A stretch of DNA of 64,000 nucleotides, taken from positions 68,636,001 through 68,700,000 of the forward strand of contig NC_086108.1 in the NCBI RefSeq assembly GCF_963921235.1, read 5' to 3'. The notes beneath the pieces are model-generated. The model searched no databases. It saw only the letters and a list, made by a program, of their open reading frames with translations, and had not been told where the DNA came from. This document shows positions 39,652-52,800 of this stretch, piece by piece (the first letter of the stretch is position 1; the number at the start of each line of letters is the position of its first letter). The DNA is from Mobula hypostoma. Lineage: Eukaryota. The position numbers and the translations under genes are program-made.

Positions 39652-39735
39652 TCATTCCTTTGCTTCCAGGAAGAGAGTTTCCTGAGGATAGAGTTTCACC
39701 TCCAGCAATGTTTCAGTTGGGTCAAACAGAGATAC
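39652..39735 (-). CDS. FAF1: FAF1 (Fas-associated factor 1) last coding exon, end of UBX domain
   Basis: Acceptor TCTATTTTTCAACAG, then VSLFDPTETLLEVKLYPQETLFLEAKE*, matching the recalled FAF1 C-terminus (LLEVKLFPQETLFLEAKE). Fits the known FAF1-DMRTA2 synteny. Confidence 0.93.
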   Translation of the reverse strand, partial: VSLFDPTETLLEVKLYPQETLFLEAKE

Positions 39736-40479
39736 CTGTTGAAAAATAGAATAAGGATTACTTTCATACAAGATCATTTAACTGGCTTACTATTTCATTA
39801 GCACAAAGTTTATCTTTAAACAAGGTATGGGAACCTGACTGAATAATTTTGTTTTATTCATATGACTGACAGGACCTCAGTTTTTCCACACAAAATTAAC
39901 CAAATCCCTCAAAATAGACACCTTTATTTTGTATAATTTGTCATCACAGGAATTATGTATTTGCAGATAGTTTCCTTCGCTATTATACACATAAATTTAC
40001 TCTTCTCTGCACCATGTCAACTATAATTAGTCATTTTTTCATTTCTTCTGTTAGAAAGTTATTCAGTCTTCCTCTAGTTATCTGTACATGGGCAATGTTC
40101 ACTGGCACATAGCAACATGTCAGAATACAGACCTTGCAAATCAACATCTCAATGCTGAAGACAAATTTGCTGTTCTTCTACTTCACTGCAGGAGAAGGAA
40201 CAATATCGTAGTATACATGGGGACAGCATTGAAAACTCAACAAATTACTCCTCCAAAGATTGTGGTATATTCCTTGCATCTCATTCAATTCCATAGTCTT
40301 CTCAGAGGAAAGACACCGTATATCAATATTCAACCACCAAGTAACTAAATTTATGGCTCTGACAGACATCCAGTATGCAAAATCTCCAACAATATACTAT
40401 ACAGGATTATATATTAAGCTAAAAAGCAATAAGATTTATTACATTTAATTTTAAGGATAGTAAAAACCTTCAGAATTAA

Positions 40480-40903
40480 TTATGAGCACTGAAACATTAT
40501 ACTACACAAGCACACACAACTGAAGCTACTTAAATACTGTTTGTTTCATATTGTTTAACAGCCATTTCTGGCATCTCCAAGCCTGAATGTTTGAAACCAC
40601 AGTGATCAAAACAGTTCAGAATTGTCTTACTGATCATTTCTCACCAACTATCAGTGACAGAAATCACTGCTTTTTGAGCACAAACACAGGCAACTGACAC
40701 ATGATCGAATAGCCATGTAAGTGCTCAAGACTGACAGTAGAAACTGTTCCGCATCAGTCACCTGCGCCAGTTAAGTGGCAGATTGTCCCAAATAAACAAA
40801 GGGAATTCCAATTACTTTCTTGATGTGTTTTTGTTCTTTAAGGGTTGTCCCAAATAAATGGAAGTACCAATTAACCAGTGGCCCAATTAACCGGAATCCA
40901 CTG
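40480..40903. mobile_element. Tigger/pogo-like non-autonomous DNA element remnant
   Basis: Right end CCCAATTAACCGGAATCCACTG|TA with repeated CCAATTAACC and GTCCCAAATAA subterminal motifs. Left end uncertain. Confidence 0.55.
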
Positions 40904-43009
40904 TATACAAGAATACACTTTCACACAGGGAATTCTAAGGACTGCCAGGTCACTTGGTGCTATTTCACCCACTTCGGCCCATCTTGATTCCATCAGAAAA
41001 TCTGCATATACATAGAAGATCCTCCCGGAAATCATTGCAGAAAATGAGAAAAAAATCAGAATTGTACAAGAGAGAGCTGACAAAGCACATGAAGGAAAAG
41101 AAGTTTTGTTGGATGAAAATTCCTCATGTAACAGCAAAAATAAATTACATTATGAATGCACACTCAGAGCTAAATAGGTTTTACCAAAGTTGTAAAAAAT
41201 GCCAGTAAAGTAACAAATGAAAGTAACATTTAAACATTGCTTCATAACAACCTGAGCATAACGCCCTAACAGAAACCATTGTACAAGTGCATTCACCTGA
41301 TGAAAAGGTCATTCTGGTTTGTTATAAGAAAAATTCCTGTAGTTTAGCACTCAAACAGGTGGGATGATAAAACAATTCATATTTATTTCACAGAATTAAT
41401 TATCACTATTTTCTGGCATGGCATTATTCAGTTATTGGAATGTTGTTGTCCTATGTTCAAACATTATACCTTTAAAGTCTGTATCTCTTCCAAACTAATG
41501 AAAATAGTCACATGTCAAATTCATATTTTAATCATTTAATGTAAGTAAAGATTAATGTGTTCACAAAAATAGTAGTTTTTAAAATTTAAAATTTTGTAAC
41601 AAAAGTGAAGTTTTCACTGGAAATAAAAACAAAGTAAGATGTACCAACGGCTCAAATCAAAAATTATATACAGTTCACTCTAAGCAGTCTCCAAGTGATG
41701 ACCAGGTTCTGTTCTTGACAACTGTTTATAAGTCAGAAATGAACAAAAACACCATGTGGGGAGAGGAACACAGGTGCTGGAAGGGCTGCCCTCCCTGAGT
41801 CAATGAATGAGTTTGCTAAGGCCTACCAGCTCTCCTCGACTCTGCCCCAGATTGCAGTTCTGGGGGGTGGGGTAGAAAATGAATGCAAATGTGCTCCAGT
41901 CCCATCTAGCTGAAAATTACTACACCCACGCACCAGCTGCCAAATCCTTCTCCATGCACCCCACTGGTCTCCTAGGCATTGATGCTACAGCCAAAGTGGA
42001 ACAGGGTGCAGTAGTATTGAGTAAACCTCAGTTGCTATAAACTGAGGCTCCCCTAACCACTTGATTGGCCTTCTGTCAGCATGTATTATCAAAGGTGATT
42101 TAAATACAGCTTTGTTACAGACATTAATTTTACAAAATCAATTAGAAAGCGAATCACTTCACTCCATTTTACCGAGTGTGCCAGCAGTAGCTGGTATAAA
42201 ACTGAGGGATCAGTTATGACCGTTGCTTTTCTGAGGTGAGGAGATGGACAGTGCCCTGGACTAGAAAACACCCCAAAACACAATAGGAGCAGGATATCTC
42301 CAAGATGAGGACTGATGCAGTAAGTTTATTAAACATATCAGCCATTTCTTTGCATCAATCTTCAGAGATATCATGTTTACCACAGGATCTTCTATTTATA
42401 TACTCACAGAAACTTCCACTATTTCTTTTTATACAATATGGAAATTTTCTTGACAATTGATTTTCATGTTGCTTATAACCTTCTTAGACTTCTGCTGCTA
42501 GACCCCAAGAACTCTGTACTCCTCTGGTCTACACTATTCTTCAACACTTTGTGTACCTTAGTTTTTAATTTAAAATTATTGTTTATCTCTTTTGCTAACC
42601 ACAGATTGTGCCTCTTTCTCACCGACTATCTTTTTGATTGGGATAAACTCTTAAAGAGCACATACACCAGCTGTTTGGATGTGTGCCACTATTATTCTAC
42701 TTATCTGTCTCTCAACTTGTTTACCTGTTCATCTTAAACAACCCCACTCCCCTGATACCAATATAACTCCCCGTATTTAAATTGAAACACTGATTATGAA
42801 CCTATGGGTCATTCCCAAACTGCATGTGGAATTCTAGCACACTGTGGTTACTACCTCCTAGGGGACCTTTAACCACAAGCTCCCTTAATAATCTTTCTCG
42901 TTGCTTAAGGTGAAATCTAAAATAACCTGTTTGTGTGTGAGCTCCATAATATACTGGTCTAAAAAGCAATCCCTGAAGCATTCCACAAATAATTCTCCTG
43001 CATTACAAG

Positions 43010-43670
43010 GCAAGTTTTTTTAAACCAGAGTGTGGTAGGTGCCTAGAATAAGCCACAAGGGGAAGGTAGAGAAGCAGATACAAAAGCAGTGTTTTAAGGT
43101 AGGCGCAGGAACGGACAAGGAATGAGGGAGATAGAACACATGCAGGCAGATGGGTTTAGTTTGGACTGACATCATGGTTATGGTGCTATGGACAGTTTGT
43201 ATATGCTTCCTGCAATCCGGTCCTTGACCACACAGGGAGCAGAAACCTTGTATTTGTTAGACAGAGTAAGGCTAAGGCTCATCTGGAACTATCCTCTGGA
43301 TCCTTTGTCCTGCCTCTTCTGCAGTTACACCACTTTGTCCTTGACCATTCACCATTTTAAACAAAGAACACAGAAATCTGCAGCACATTACAGGCCCTTC
43401 AGCCCCCAACTTTGTGTCAAGCTGTCTAGAAGCTGCCTAGAATTACCCTACTTTTAGCTCTTTATTTTTCTGAGCTCCATGTACCTATCTAAGAGTCTCT
43501 TAGAGAACCTGTTGCATCCGTTTCCACCACTGTCACCGGCAGTGCGTTCCATGCACCCAGTGGAAAAACTCGCCCAACATCCCCCTCTGTACTTACTTCC
43601 AAGCACCTTAAAACCATGCCCCCTCGTGCTAGCCATTTCAGCCCTGGGAAAAAAGCCTCTGGCTATCCAC
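43010..43670. mobile_element. Two CR1 3' fragments (43010-43200 plus; 43360-43670 minus)
   Basis: CAGAGTGTGGTAGGTGCCTAGAA on the plus strand; minus-strand ORF FFPRAEMASTRGHGFKVLGSKYRG. Confidence 0.75.
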
Positions 43671-43899
43671 ACAAACATGGCAAACATAGCTAATCTTAGG
43701 GGTGTGACAATCCCCTGAAATGCCATGTCCAGGTATTTCTTCTCCTTGTCATGTTGTAGAGTTTGAGCTTGAAATCCTGTTCATTGACCCTAAGTCGAGG
43801 TTCTTCAAGCAGCAAACCCATGCTGCAGAGATGGTCACTCTTTACCATACTGGTGACCACCAGTTCCCAAATGTTGCAACTAGAACACATCACTTGCCT

Positions 43900-44090
43900 A
43901 GTCCTCCTACCCCTCCCCTACTTTTTTATTCTGGCATCTTCCCCTTTCCTTTCCAGTTCTGAAGAAGGGTCTCTGCCCAAAATGTTGACTGCTTATTCAT
44001 TTCCATTAGTGCTGCCTGGCCTGTTGAGTTTCACCAGAGTTTTGTGTATATTACTCTGGATTTCCAGCATCTGCAGAATCTCTTATGTTT
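43900..44090 (+). mobile_element. Penelope-like terminal-repeat fragment with a decayed hammerhead
   Basis: CCAGTTCTGAAGAAGGGTCTCTGCCCAAAATGTTGACTG...CCAGCATCTGCAGAATCTC. Confidence 0.8.
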
Positions 44091-44742
44091 ATAACCTACC
44101 TAGCCATCTGTTCTAAGTAATGAGTTAAATTAAGGTGAGTTCATTTATATTAGTGTTTACTACTTTACGAATAAAGACCTTGCTCACACAGAAAGAAGTC
44201 AAAAGAATCTACAATAAAGGCACAGAAAATGTCACACACTGATGAGCATACTGAACTAGCAAGTTGTTCCATATGAAACTACTGACCAGCTGTTAGTATC
44301 ATCCAGTTCATTGTTTAAAGAAAAATAATCTGACAGAGGATTCTTTTCATACTGTACTTAAAATTGTTAGGTGTTTTTGTGAATAGATCTTCTGAAACAT
44401 TTACTTTCTGGACCTGTTAAACTTTGATTTAATTAACTTCCTCTCTTCATTTTTTTCATTCTGTAATGTGTTATGTGCAGGCACCATATTGGTATTCTAT
44501 ACTACAAGTGGCGTAAAATATCGATGAATATAAATATCGAAAAAGCTTATATTCCATTTTATTGGTTGCTAGAATATGATAAAAGTATGGCTTGTTTTCA
44601 CTTGACCACAGCTAAGAGTATTTATGTAAATAAAATTAAGTCATGACAAATATATGCATCAATCTACTAGACTCAGTACAGTTGTCATCAAAACCCTCAC
44701 AAAAAAGAAGTCACATCTTGAAAAACAGTATGTGCCAAGACA

Positions 44743-45731
44743 AACAACAGGAATTCTGCAGATGCTGGAAATTCAAGCAACACACATCAAAGTTGCTGGT
44801 GAACGCAGCAGGCCAGGCGGCATCTCTAGGAAGAGGTACAGTCGAAGTTTCAGGCCGAGACCCCTGGTCAGGACTAACTGAAGGAAGAGTGAGTAAGAGA
44901 TTTGAAAGTAGGAGGGGGAGGGGGAGATCCAAAATGATAGGAGAAGACAGGAGGGGGAGGGATAGAGCCAAGAGCTGGACAGGTGATTGGCAAAAGGGAT
45001 ACGAGAGGATCATGGGACAGGAGGTCCGGGAAGAAAGACGGGGGTGGGGGGGAACCCAGAGGATGGGCAAGGGGTATATTCAGAGGGACAGAGGGAGAAA
45101 AAGGAGAGTGAGAGAAAGAACATGTGCATAAAAATAAATAACAGATGGGGTACGAGGGGGAGGTGGGGCATTAGCGGAAGTTAGAGAAGTCGATGTTCAT
45201 GCCATCAGGTTGGAGGCTACCCAGACGGAATATAAGGTGTTGTTCCTCCAACCTGAGTGTGGCTTCATCTTTGCAGTAGAGGAGGCCGTGGATAGACATG
45301 TCAGAATGGGAATGGGATGTGGAATTAAAATGTGCAGCCACTGGGAGATCCTGCTTTCTCTGGTGGACAGAGCGTAGGTGTTCAGCAAAGCCGTCTCCCA
45401 GTCTGCGTCGGGTCTCGCCAATATATAAAAGGCCACATCGGGAGCACCAGACGCAGTATATCACCCCAGCCGACTCACCTGGAAGGACTCTTTGGGGCCC
45501 TGAATGGTGGTAAGGGAGGAAGTGTAAAGGCATGTGTAGCACTTGTTCTGCTTACACGGATAAGTGCCAGGAGGGAGATCAGTGGAGAGGGATGGGGGGG
45601 ACGAATGGACAAGGGAGACGCGTAGGGAGTGATCCCTGCGGAAAGCGGGGGGGGGAGGGTAAGATGTGCTTAGTGGTGGGATCCCGTTGGAAGTGGCGGA
45701 AGTTACGGAGAATAATATATTGGAACCGGAG
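44743..45731 (-). mobile_element. 5'-truncated Penelope-like retroelement (GIY-YIG endonuclease plus terminal repeat) with 9-bp TSD
   Basis: ORF SAGVIYCVWCSRCGLLYIGETRRRLGDGFAEHLRSV...HFNSTSHSHSDM...EQHLIFRLGSLQPDGMN. GCCAAGACA at 44734-44742 and 45732-45740. Confidence 0.92.
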
Positions 45732-46459
45732 GCCAAGACATTTTTTTTCCTGGTTTAAGGGGGTGTTATTTTATAAATAAGGTATTTGACATTGTGGGAT
45801 TCTGCAATGTAGTTAACTCTGAAGATTCTGCATGTATTTTGGGCATTTTGTTTTCTTCCCCCCTCCTTAAACCCTGCCAAGAAGCTACAAATGCCTAAAA
45901 TAATTCAACTACTAAGGAAACCCATCTGACCATTTTGGAATATTTAAGTATTCAATAAGATTAATACAGGTGTGTTATAAAAATATTATTTAAAATAAGC
46001 ATTTGACAAAACTACATTGTTAGCATTAAAGAATCTTGGCAACAATTTGAACAAAACACTTCTGTTCTGAGCTACTCGTTTTGAGATGTCACAGTATCAA
46101 AGCTAATCCAATACACTTCAATCCTCCACCATACCATCCTAGGAATATCCTTCAGCAATAAAAGTTGCCTACTTTGGAAAGATCCATCATAACCAGAGTT
46201 TAATCCTATTTAGTTAAGCCATGAAATATAAAATTATATCGTGCATTACTGTTCCGTTACAGGAGTGGCATCTACATAACCTGGATGTCTGCCCAGACAT
46301 GACCTATCGATAAAGAGTATGATTATTCCTAATTACTGACCATTCCTAATCATCAGCCTAGCGATGGAAGATTATTCGACAGTGTGAGCTATTCTTCATC
46401 AAATATCTGATGCACAGTTTATGCATCATCAAGAATATTTGGACGAGACCTCTTTTTTA

Positions 46460-46748
46460 AAGATAAGCTTTATTATTTGTCACATGTACATTAAAACATA
46501 CAGTGAAATGCATCTTTTTGAGTCAACGACAAACAATATCCAAGGATGTGCTGAGGCAGCCCATGTGTTGCCATGCTTCCGATGCCAATACAGCATGCCC
46601 ACAACTTACTAATCCCCAACCTGTATGTCTTTGGAATGTGGGGGGAAATCGGAGCACCCAGAGAAAATGCAGAGTCATAAGGACGGTGGGAACTGAACCT
46701 TGACTGGTGATCGCTGGTGCTGTAAAGCACAGCACCAACCGCTATCTA
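46460..46748 (-). mobile_element. tRNA-derived V-SINE (HE1-like)
   Basis: The minus strand reads ATAGCGGTTGGTGCTGTGCTTTACAGCACCAGCG...GGTTCAGTTCCC...CTGGGTGCTCCGATTTCCCCCACATTCCAAAGAC. Confidence 0.75.
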
Positions 46749-47149
46749 TTGGCATAAAAGCTAAATTTGAAAGGGGAACTGTAACAAACTAACCTGGACA
46801 TCAAGGCAGCCTTTGACTGAGCGTGGTAACAAGGACCTTTGATAAAACCGGAAGTGCTTGGGAAAATGTAAACTTCATTGACTGCTTGATTTTAGCAAGG
46901 TGAATTTCAGGCATGTGCATTTATTTGCTAAGTAATATTCATGCCAAAACATGAGTACTTCCAATTTAACCATTATCATTGCTGAGTCCCTCACTACAAT
47001 TACCTGGGGGAAGAAGGAGGGAGGGAGGGAAAGAAGCAGCACAGATGAATAGATGATCACGATTTAACAGAAACTTAACTGCAGCTAGTCACTCTATCTC
47101 TCAAACTCAGCTGTTATATCTGTATGTGAAGCAAACTCAAAGTGGTCTC

Positions 47150-47885
47150 AAGAAATTCTGCTGGTGAAATCCAAACTGACATCAGTGACTCCAAGAGGAA
47201 ATTGGTGGCTGGTTGTCCTGCCACAAAAAAAATCACTTCTGATTCCCCAAAACCTTGTCACCATCCACAAAGTCCAATCAGGAGTGTGATTGACATTTAC
47301 CTGGAGAAGTGATGTATTAACAACATTCAAAAAAAAACTAAACATAATCCAGCAGAAAATAGCTTATTTGATTGGCAGTATATTCAGTACTTTACGTATT
47401 CACTTTGCAATACCCACAGCTGTTTCGCCTACAAAGTATATCAGAGTTAATCAAGAAGGCAGTTTGATAATACCTATGACACTTGCAACTTCTGCTACAT
47501 ACAAGGACAGCAGAAGAATGGTAGATGTGTTGTTGGAGGTCAATAAATAGTCTCATGACGTCACGGTAGGAGTTCCTCGGGGCAGCAATGACTCAACCAT
47601 CATTTATGACCGATTGCTTCATATTTGAACTTCAGTTCTTTGCCAGAAGAGTGCATACACTATGATGATATCTGCAACCTGAAGGTTTTCTTCTAAATCA
47701 CACTCCATTCTAACCTGGGGATAGGTTGCAATTCCTTCACTGTTAACTGGTCCTAATCCTGGAACACACTGCTCCACAACACTGTAGAAGTGCGGCAAAC
47801 CAATTTGTCAGCTCACCAGCAACTCCTTAGAGATGGGAAATAAATGCTTGCCTTGCTTGGGATGCCACCTCCCGAAAATGAACTG
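47150..47885 (+). mobile_element. Decayed L2/CR1-group LINE 3' fragments
   Basis: TTGTCACCATCCACAAAGTCCAATCAGGAGTGTGAT...AATAAATGCTTGCCTTGC...GATGCCACCTCCC. Confidence 0.55.
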
Positions 47886-49343
47886 AGAAATATTGAGCAG
47901 AAAACACTTACATAGTTATTCAAGACTTAATTTATTACTTCCTGAGGTCATACTTGGAAAAGAGTCTAATTAAATATAAATCATATGAAAAGGTTTTTTT
48001 TGACTCACAACTATTAAATATCAATCCAGTAAAATTGGAAGAATTTGTGGAGCCAGGATTGGTGATGTATTTCCAGTTCCTTGAGATGTTTGCTCTAAGC
48101 AGTTCAGGAGTCAGAATCATATAGCGGGGCAGACATCAGTGCTGCTTGACACTGATTTGACACAGACAGTTTTGTGCCAGGTCTGAGGTCATGATTTTCA
48201 AGTATCCTTTCCCAGGTTAACCAAATGTTGTACTGGTGCCTTGAAGTTGGTGTTGAACTTTGTCAATGATGTCTGCCTTTGTCAAGATGTGACTCCCAAG
48301 TTATGGGAAGCAGTCCATTGTCTGGGTTTTACTGTGAAACTTTATTGTTAAATGCTATGGGAGGCATTGCAGGCACAGATTACTAGAGGATCTAGGTCTT
48401 GAGGATGTTGAGTATAAGATCCATTTTCTCAGGTTTCATTGAACAAGTGAATAATACAGGTTCTAACTCAATCACTGAGCATATACTAATGTAAGTACTG
48501 TCTGCATTTAACAGCTGAATTGCCTAAGTTCCAGTGACCTTAGTTTTGAAACGTAACTGCCTGGGTTGCACAGTCAAACAGTTTCCCTTTAACTATTAAG
48601 ATGACCTCCACTGCCATTGGGAGTTTGATGGCGATGCAACATTGTGCTAAAAAAATTCAAGAAAAATGATACAGCCTAGGAAAAATTAGAAAGCAACTTG
48701 AATCATGTTTGATTGCTAACTTTTCTGCCATTTCTTCAAAGGTCATCAACCTGAAACTGTATCTTGTTTCTCTCTCTCTAGATGCCGCCTGATTTGCTGA
48801 ATTTTCCCAGCAAATTTTCATTCTGGATTTCTACTATTTTTTAACATTATTTTGACAAAACTATTGCAATTGCCTCTTCAGGAAGTGATCAAACTAGCAA
48901 ACTGGTTAGGCACATAAGCTTAAGATGTCTATACAGTAGAAGGCATCTTATCATTAGGTGATAGCATTTTTAACTGTAACAATAGCACTTTTGTGGCTAT
49001 ATTGTTTGATTTCACATCTATGTATATGGACTTGACTGCACAATCATTTTTAAAACATCTAATCCATGATGCAGAAAGAATCCATTCGAAATTAATTTGC
49101 TTTTTTCAGCCTGATGTGCATCCTCTTTAAACTGCAAGTAATAAATGATGATTCTTTTCAAGCCGTGCTGATGTTTGGAGATGGTTGATGTTTAAATTAG
49201 ACTCTTTTCCAAGCATGTCCTCAGGTATTGAACCCTTTCATTTCCCTAGAGAGCTCCTGCAGGTAGTTAATTACCTTGTACTTTTCCTTAGTGAAGATCA
49301 TCTTATAGTTTTAACAAGCCATATTTACAAATAGAGGTGTACA

Positions 49344-49864
49344 GAGTGTCTCTGGAGAGGGAGCATCTCTGGTGAAGGGGCTTGTGACCATTCTGGGGCA
49401 GCTCACTCAGCTTTGGTCACCACTGGACACTCAGCTCTCACCCGTGGCCCCAAACAGCTGTTTGCATGTCACAGTAGTGACATCCTGGTATACCACTTCG
49501 ACAGGAGGGCTAAATCAGGCATGTGTAGCCATGCCTCGTACCCTGTTGAGATAGAGACATGCCTGTCCTAGTATGTAAGGCCAGCTCCAGCAGATTGGGC
49601 AGATGAGATCAATGACCAAGAAAACGATTCTTCAAAACTTTGTGAAATTCGAAGGACATGTTAAGGCACAGAAGATGCCATGGTCCTCCACTGCAACCAA
49701 GAAAGACCCCAGTTGTGATGACTACTCGTACCACTGGACCCAGTGCAACAGCTTCTCCAGTTTAAAAACTCTCTCACACAGGCTTCTTTGTGCAGTTCAC
49801 ATTATCTAAAAGAAAAGCTGTACAAATCTGTCATTGTTGGATATGATGGACAACCAATCAATCA
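49344..49864 (+). mobile_element. Full-length ORF-less RTE-derived element (5' UTR fused to 3' end, AATC tail)
   Basis: Starts GAGTGTCTCTGGAGAGG and ends GTCATTGTTGGATATGATGGACAACCAATCAATCA. Homologous to 17591-18210 (minus). The family assignment rests on recalled RTE/AviRTE-like 5' UTR motifs. Confidence 0.75.
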
Positions 49865-52800
49865 TTTACAAACAGTTCATTCCACTTACTATCAGTGGAG
49901 ATGGGAAAGTGAAATGTATCAATAATCAATTTTAATCAGTGACTGATTTCAAATTAAATAAAACATTTGTTGTAGGTGAGCTATTAAGTTGGGAATCCTA
50001 ATACAAAGTAGAAAATAGAATTGTGGTCAAATTAAGTAATTAATTTAAATTACAATAGGAATTTTGTGCATAATTTTATTCCAATTAATAAATATGATAC
50101 CTTTAATTACTGTATGCATTAGGCACTTTAATGATTAATAATTATAATGTACGGTATGGGAAATCATGTTTATATTTTCTCATATAGAATCCATCTACTA
50201 CTGTAAACTAATATAACACTGGAATTATTTGTATATCTCAGCACATTCATGCATCAGAAAAGAGGCAATTTCCACTTTAACTCATGTTGGCTTTGTTTTG
50301 CAGGCTTACATCTAATGAGATGGCACTTTTTAAAATCCCTAAAGAAAACTCAAATGTGAAGACTAAGTGAAAATGGTAGCAAGCAGCCAGATGCATAGAG
50401 CTGCAGGTATATCTGATAATAGTAAAAAAAAACACAGAATGTTCCACTTAACAATATTCACTAGGTTGTAGCTGAACAAGGGAGTCAACATTCAAGGACA
50501 ATGATCATATTGATTTTAACATAATATGTTGTAATTTCTGGTTTCAGGTTGTCAGTTAAATGCTAATAGTAGTAGCCTGAAATATTAAACTCACATTTAT
50601 TTACCTGATAGTTTGTATGAGAACACAAAAATATGGTCATACATAGAGATCATGCCTCTCGTTGCCCTTCAAACATTGTATTCACTAAGGACCGGAGAGT
50701 TTGCAAATGTTTACACCATTATCCAATTAACAGACAATAACACTCTAGCATCTGTCAACAAACAAAGCTGTTGTTTTGCTTCGCTCCAAGGCATTTCTGT
50801 TCATCTGGCTTGTATGTGTGCTTAATTAACACACTGTACTAGTCTTTTGTAAATAACTTTCCATGATCTTATTTTATATAGGTCTCTATAATCTCCTTTG
50901 GCTCTTTTGGCCATGGTGACCTATTGAACCCTCCAGGATATCAGCAAATTAAATTACTATGCCATTCCTAAATAAGGAAGATTAAAAGCATTTTTAACAG
51001 AGATATTTGGACAACATTTCATTTGTAAAGTTAAAATATCTGCAGGTGATGGTAGGACATGGAGAGTGGTCAGGACAGAAAACGGATGTGACTACTATTT
51101 TTGAAAAGCATAAATTTTGGAAGTAATCCACAGTGGAAGGAGGGAGGGAATTTTTTTTTTAAATGCCTATCAACAACACAGAAGTTCCACTATAATGAAA
51201 AGCACTGATATAATATACAATTCTCTTGATTTTTTTGGGGCTCTACTTTATCACTTGACAATTTAAAAAAAAATTGTCTGACATTCAGGCATAAATATTT
51301 CCTGAACCAAGTCAGATAAAGGCAGTGACCTTCTGCTTAAAATCAGGCAGATCATCTCAGATCTGCCTGTTTTTATTCACATAAAAGGATGCAAGCCACA
51401 GGCTAAAATCGGATCTTCCTCTCCAATCCTGGACATCTGCACTGCACCAAAGGACTCCCCATGAATTCCAATGTAGAAGTGTATTAAATATATTTTCCAA
51501 AACTTTACTACAAAGATGCTTTCTCCTGGAGCAAGACCCATCATAATCTCAGAATGATGAGCAGGAATTCATTCACTTTAAAATTAACTGAACTAAATCA
51601 AATAATGTATTTACATTTTTATAGTATTTTGGCAGCTTTAATTTTATTTTTCATTATATTTTAACTTTTTACAAAATAGCATTTGTAAACATTTAGAAGC
51701 AGTAAATATATTCACAAACATATGCATGACGACAGATTTAACAGCCTCTGAGTCTGACTGCAGGGTCTCACCAGATGCCAATGTCATTTTGGGGGCAGAA
51801 TTTGACATACTTGGAGAGGTCCTGAAGTAACTAACCAGTTATGTGTCAGACTCGGAGTAGAAGCCTGTGGCTATTGGGTTATGGAAGGTGACCAGTAAGC
51901 TCCGACAGGTTAGCTATCAACAAGTTTCCACCCATCAAATACATTTCAAATTGACAGAATATTTATCCAATTGCAAAATGTTCAGTTTTGGGGCAAAAAT
52001 AAAAATGTCATGGAAATATATAACATGCATCATTTTTGTCATTGATGTGATTAATCCTTCATTAGATAAATTTCTAGGCGAGAAAGAAATTTCAAGGGGG
52101 AAGAAATATAGAAAAGCTAAGAGAAACTACACGATATAATTATGAACCAATAGAGTGTACCACCAATGAAGTCAAACTCATTAAGTGAAATGTTACTTCT
52201 CAAAATTAACATGTTAAATTAATTTTGAAGAATATACAATTATACTGACGTAGCTGAGGTAATCTAAGAATAAAATGATTTAGTTTAATGCATATTTTGA
52301 ACATTTTAATTTACATTTATATAGTTCATGACAGACTTACACAGTTTTAATAAATAGGCAACTAATAAGCTCACAGGTGACGTCAGATTATGGGATGGTA
52401 GGGTGTTGCATTCCTAGAAATTATCTACATCATGTTTTTCCATAACTCAAAGTCATGTAACCTGCACGTCTGAAAACAGAAGTTGCAAAAAATAAAATTT
52501 GTGTTTATTTATTGAATTTCTGTGCCACATAAATTTTGTGAAAGTGAATCTTACTCTGTATCTCAAATTTTTGGGTAGTGATTTGTGAAGTCTGTTAGGG
52601 GGAATCTTCCATTTCCTAATAAGATGTAATGAGTCTATATTAGAAATCTCATGAAATCAATGTTACATTATTTGCTTTATTTCCTTTGTATTTCAACTTA
52701 ATTTAATTGTAATTTACAGTTTAGAAGATAGAACAGTTTATGAACTGCTCACTTACAATTTCTTCCATGTGTGGTATATTTTGTTACAGAAAAAAACTTC

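Noticed and set aside
45171..45542. GIY-YIG nuclease ORF as a host or domesticated gene
   Set aside because: It lies within a TSD-flanked truncated Penelope element, and homologous decayed copies occur at 24 and 38 kb.
46011..46024. DMRT-like binding site ACTACATTGTTAG (possible autoregulation)
   Set aside because: A single imperfect match in AT-rich DNA, expected by chance.
49344..49530. Definite HDV-like ribozyme call for the RTE-derived 5' end
   Set aside because: P1-like, L3-like and GCUAA elements are suggestive, but P3 and P1.1 do not fit cleanly and a simple long hairpin explains the pairing. Kept only as a hypothesis.
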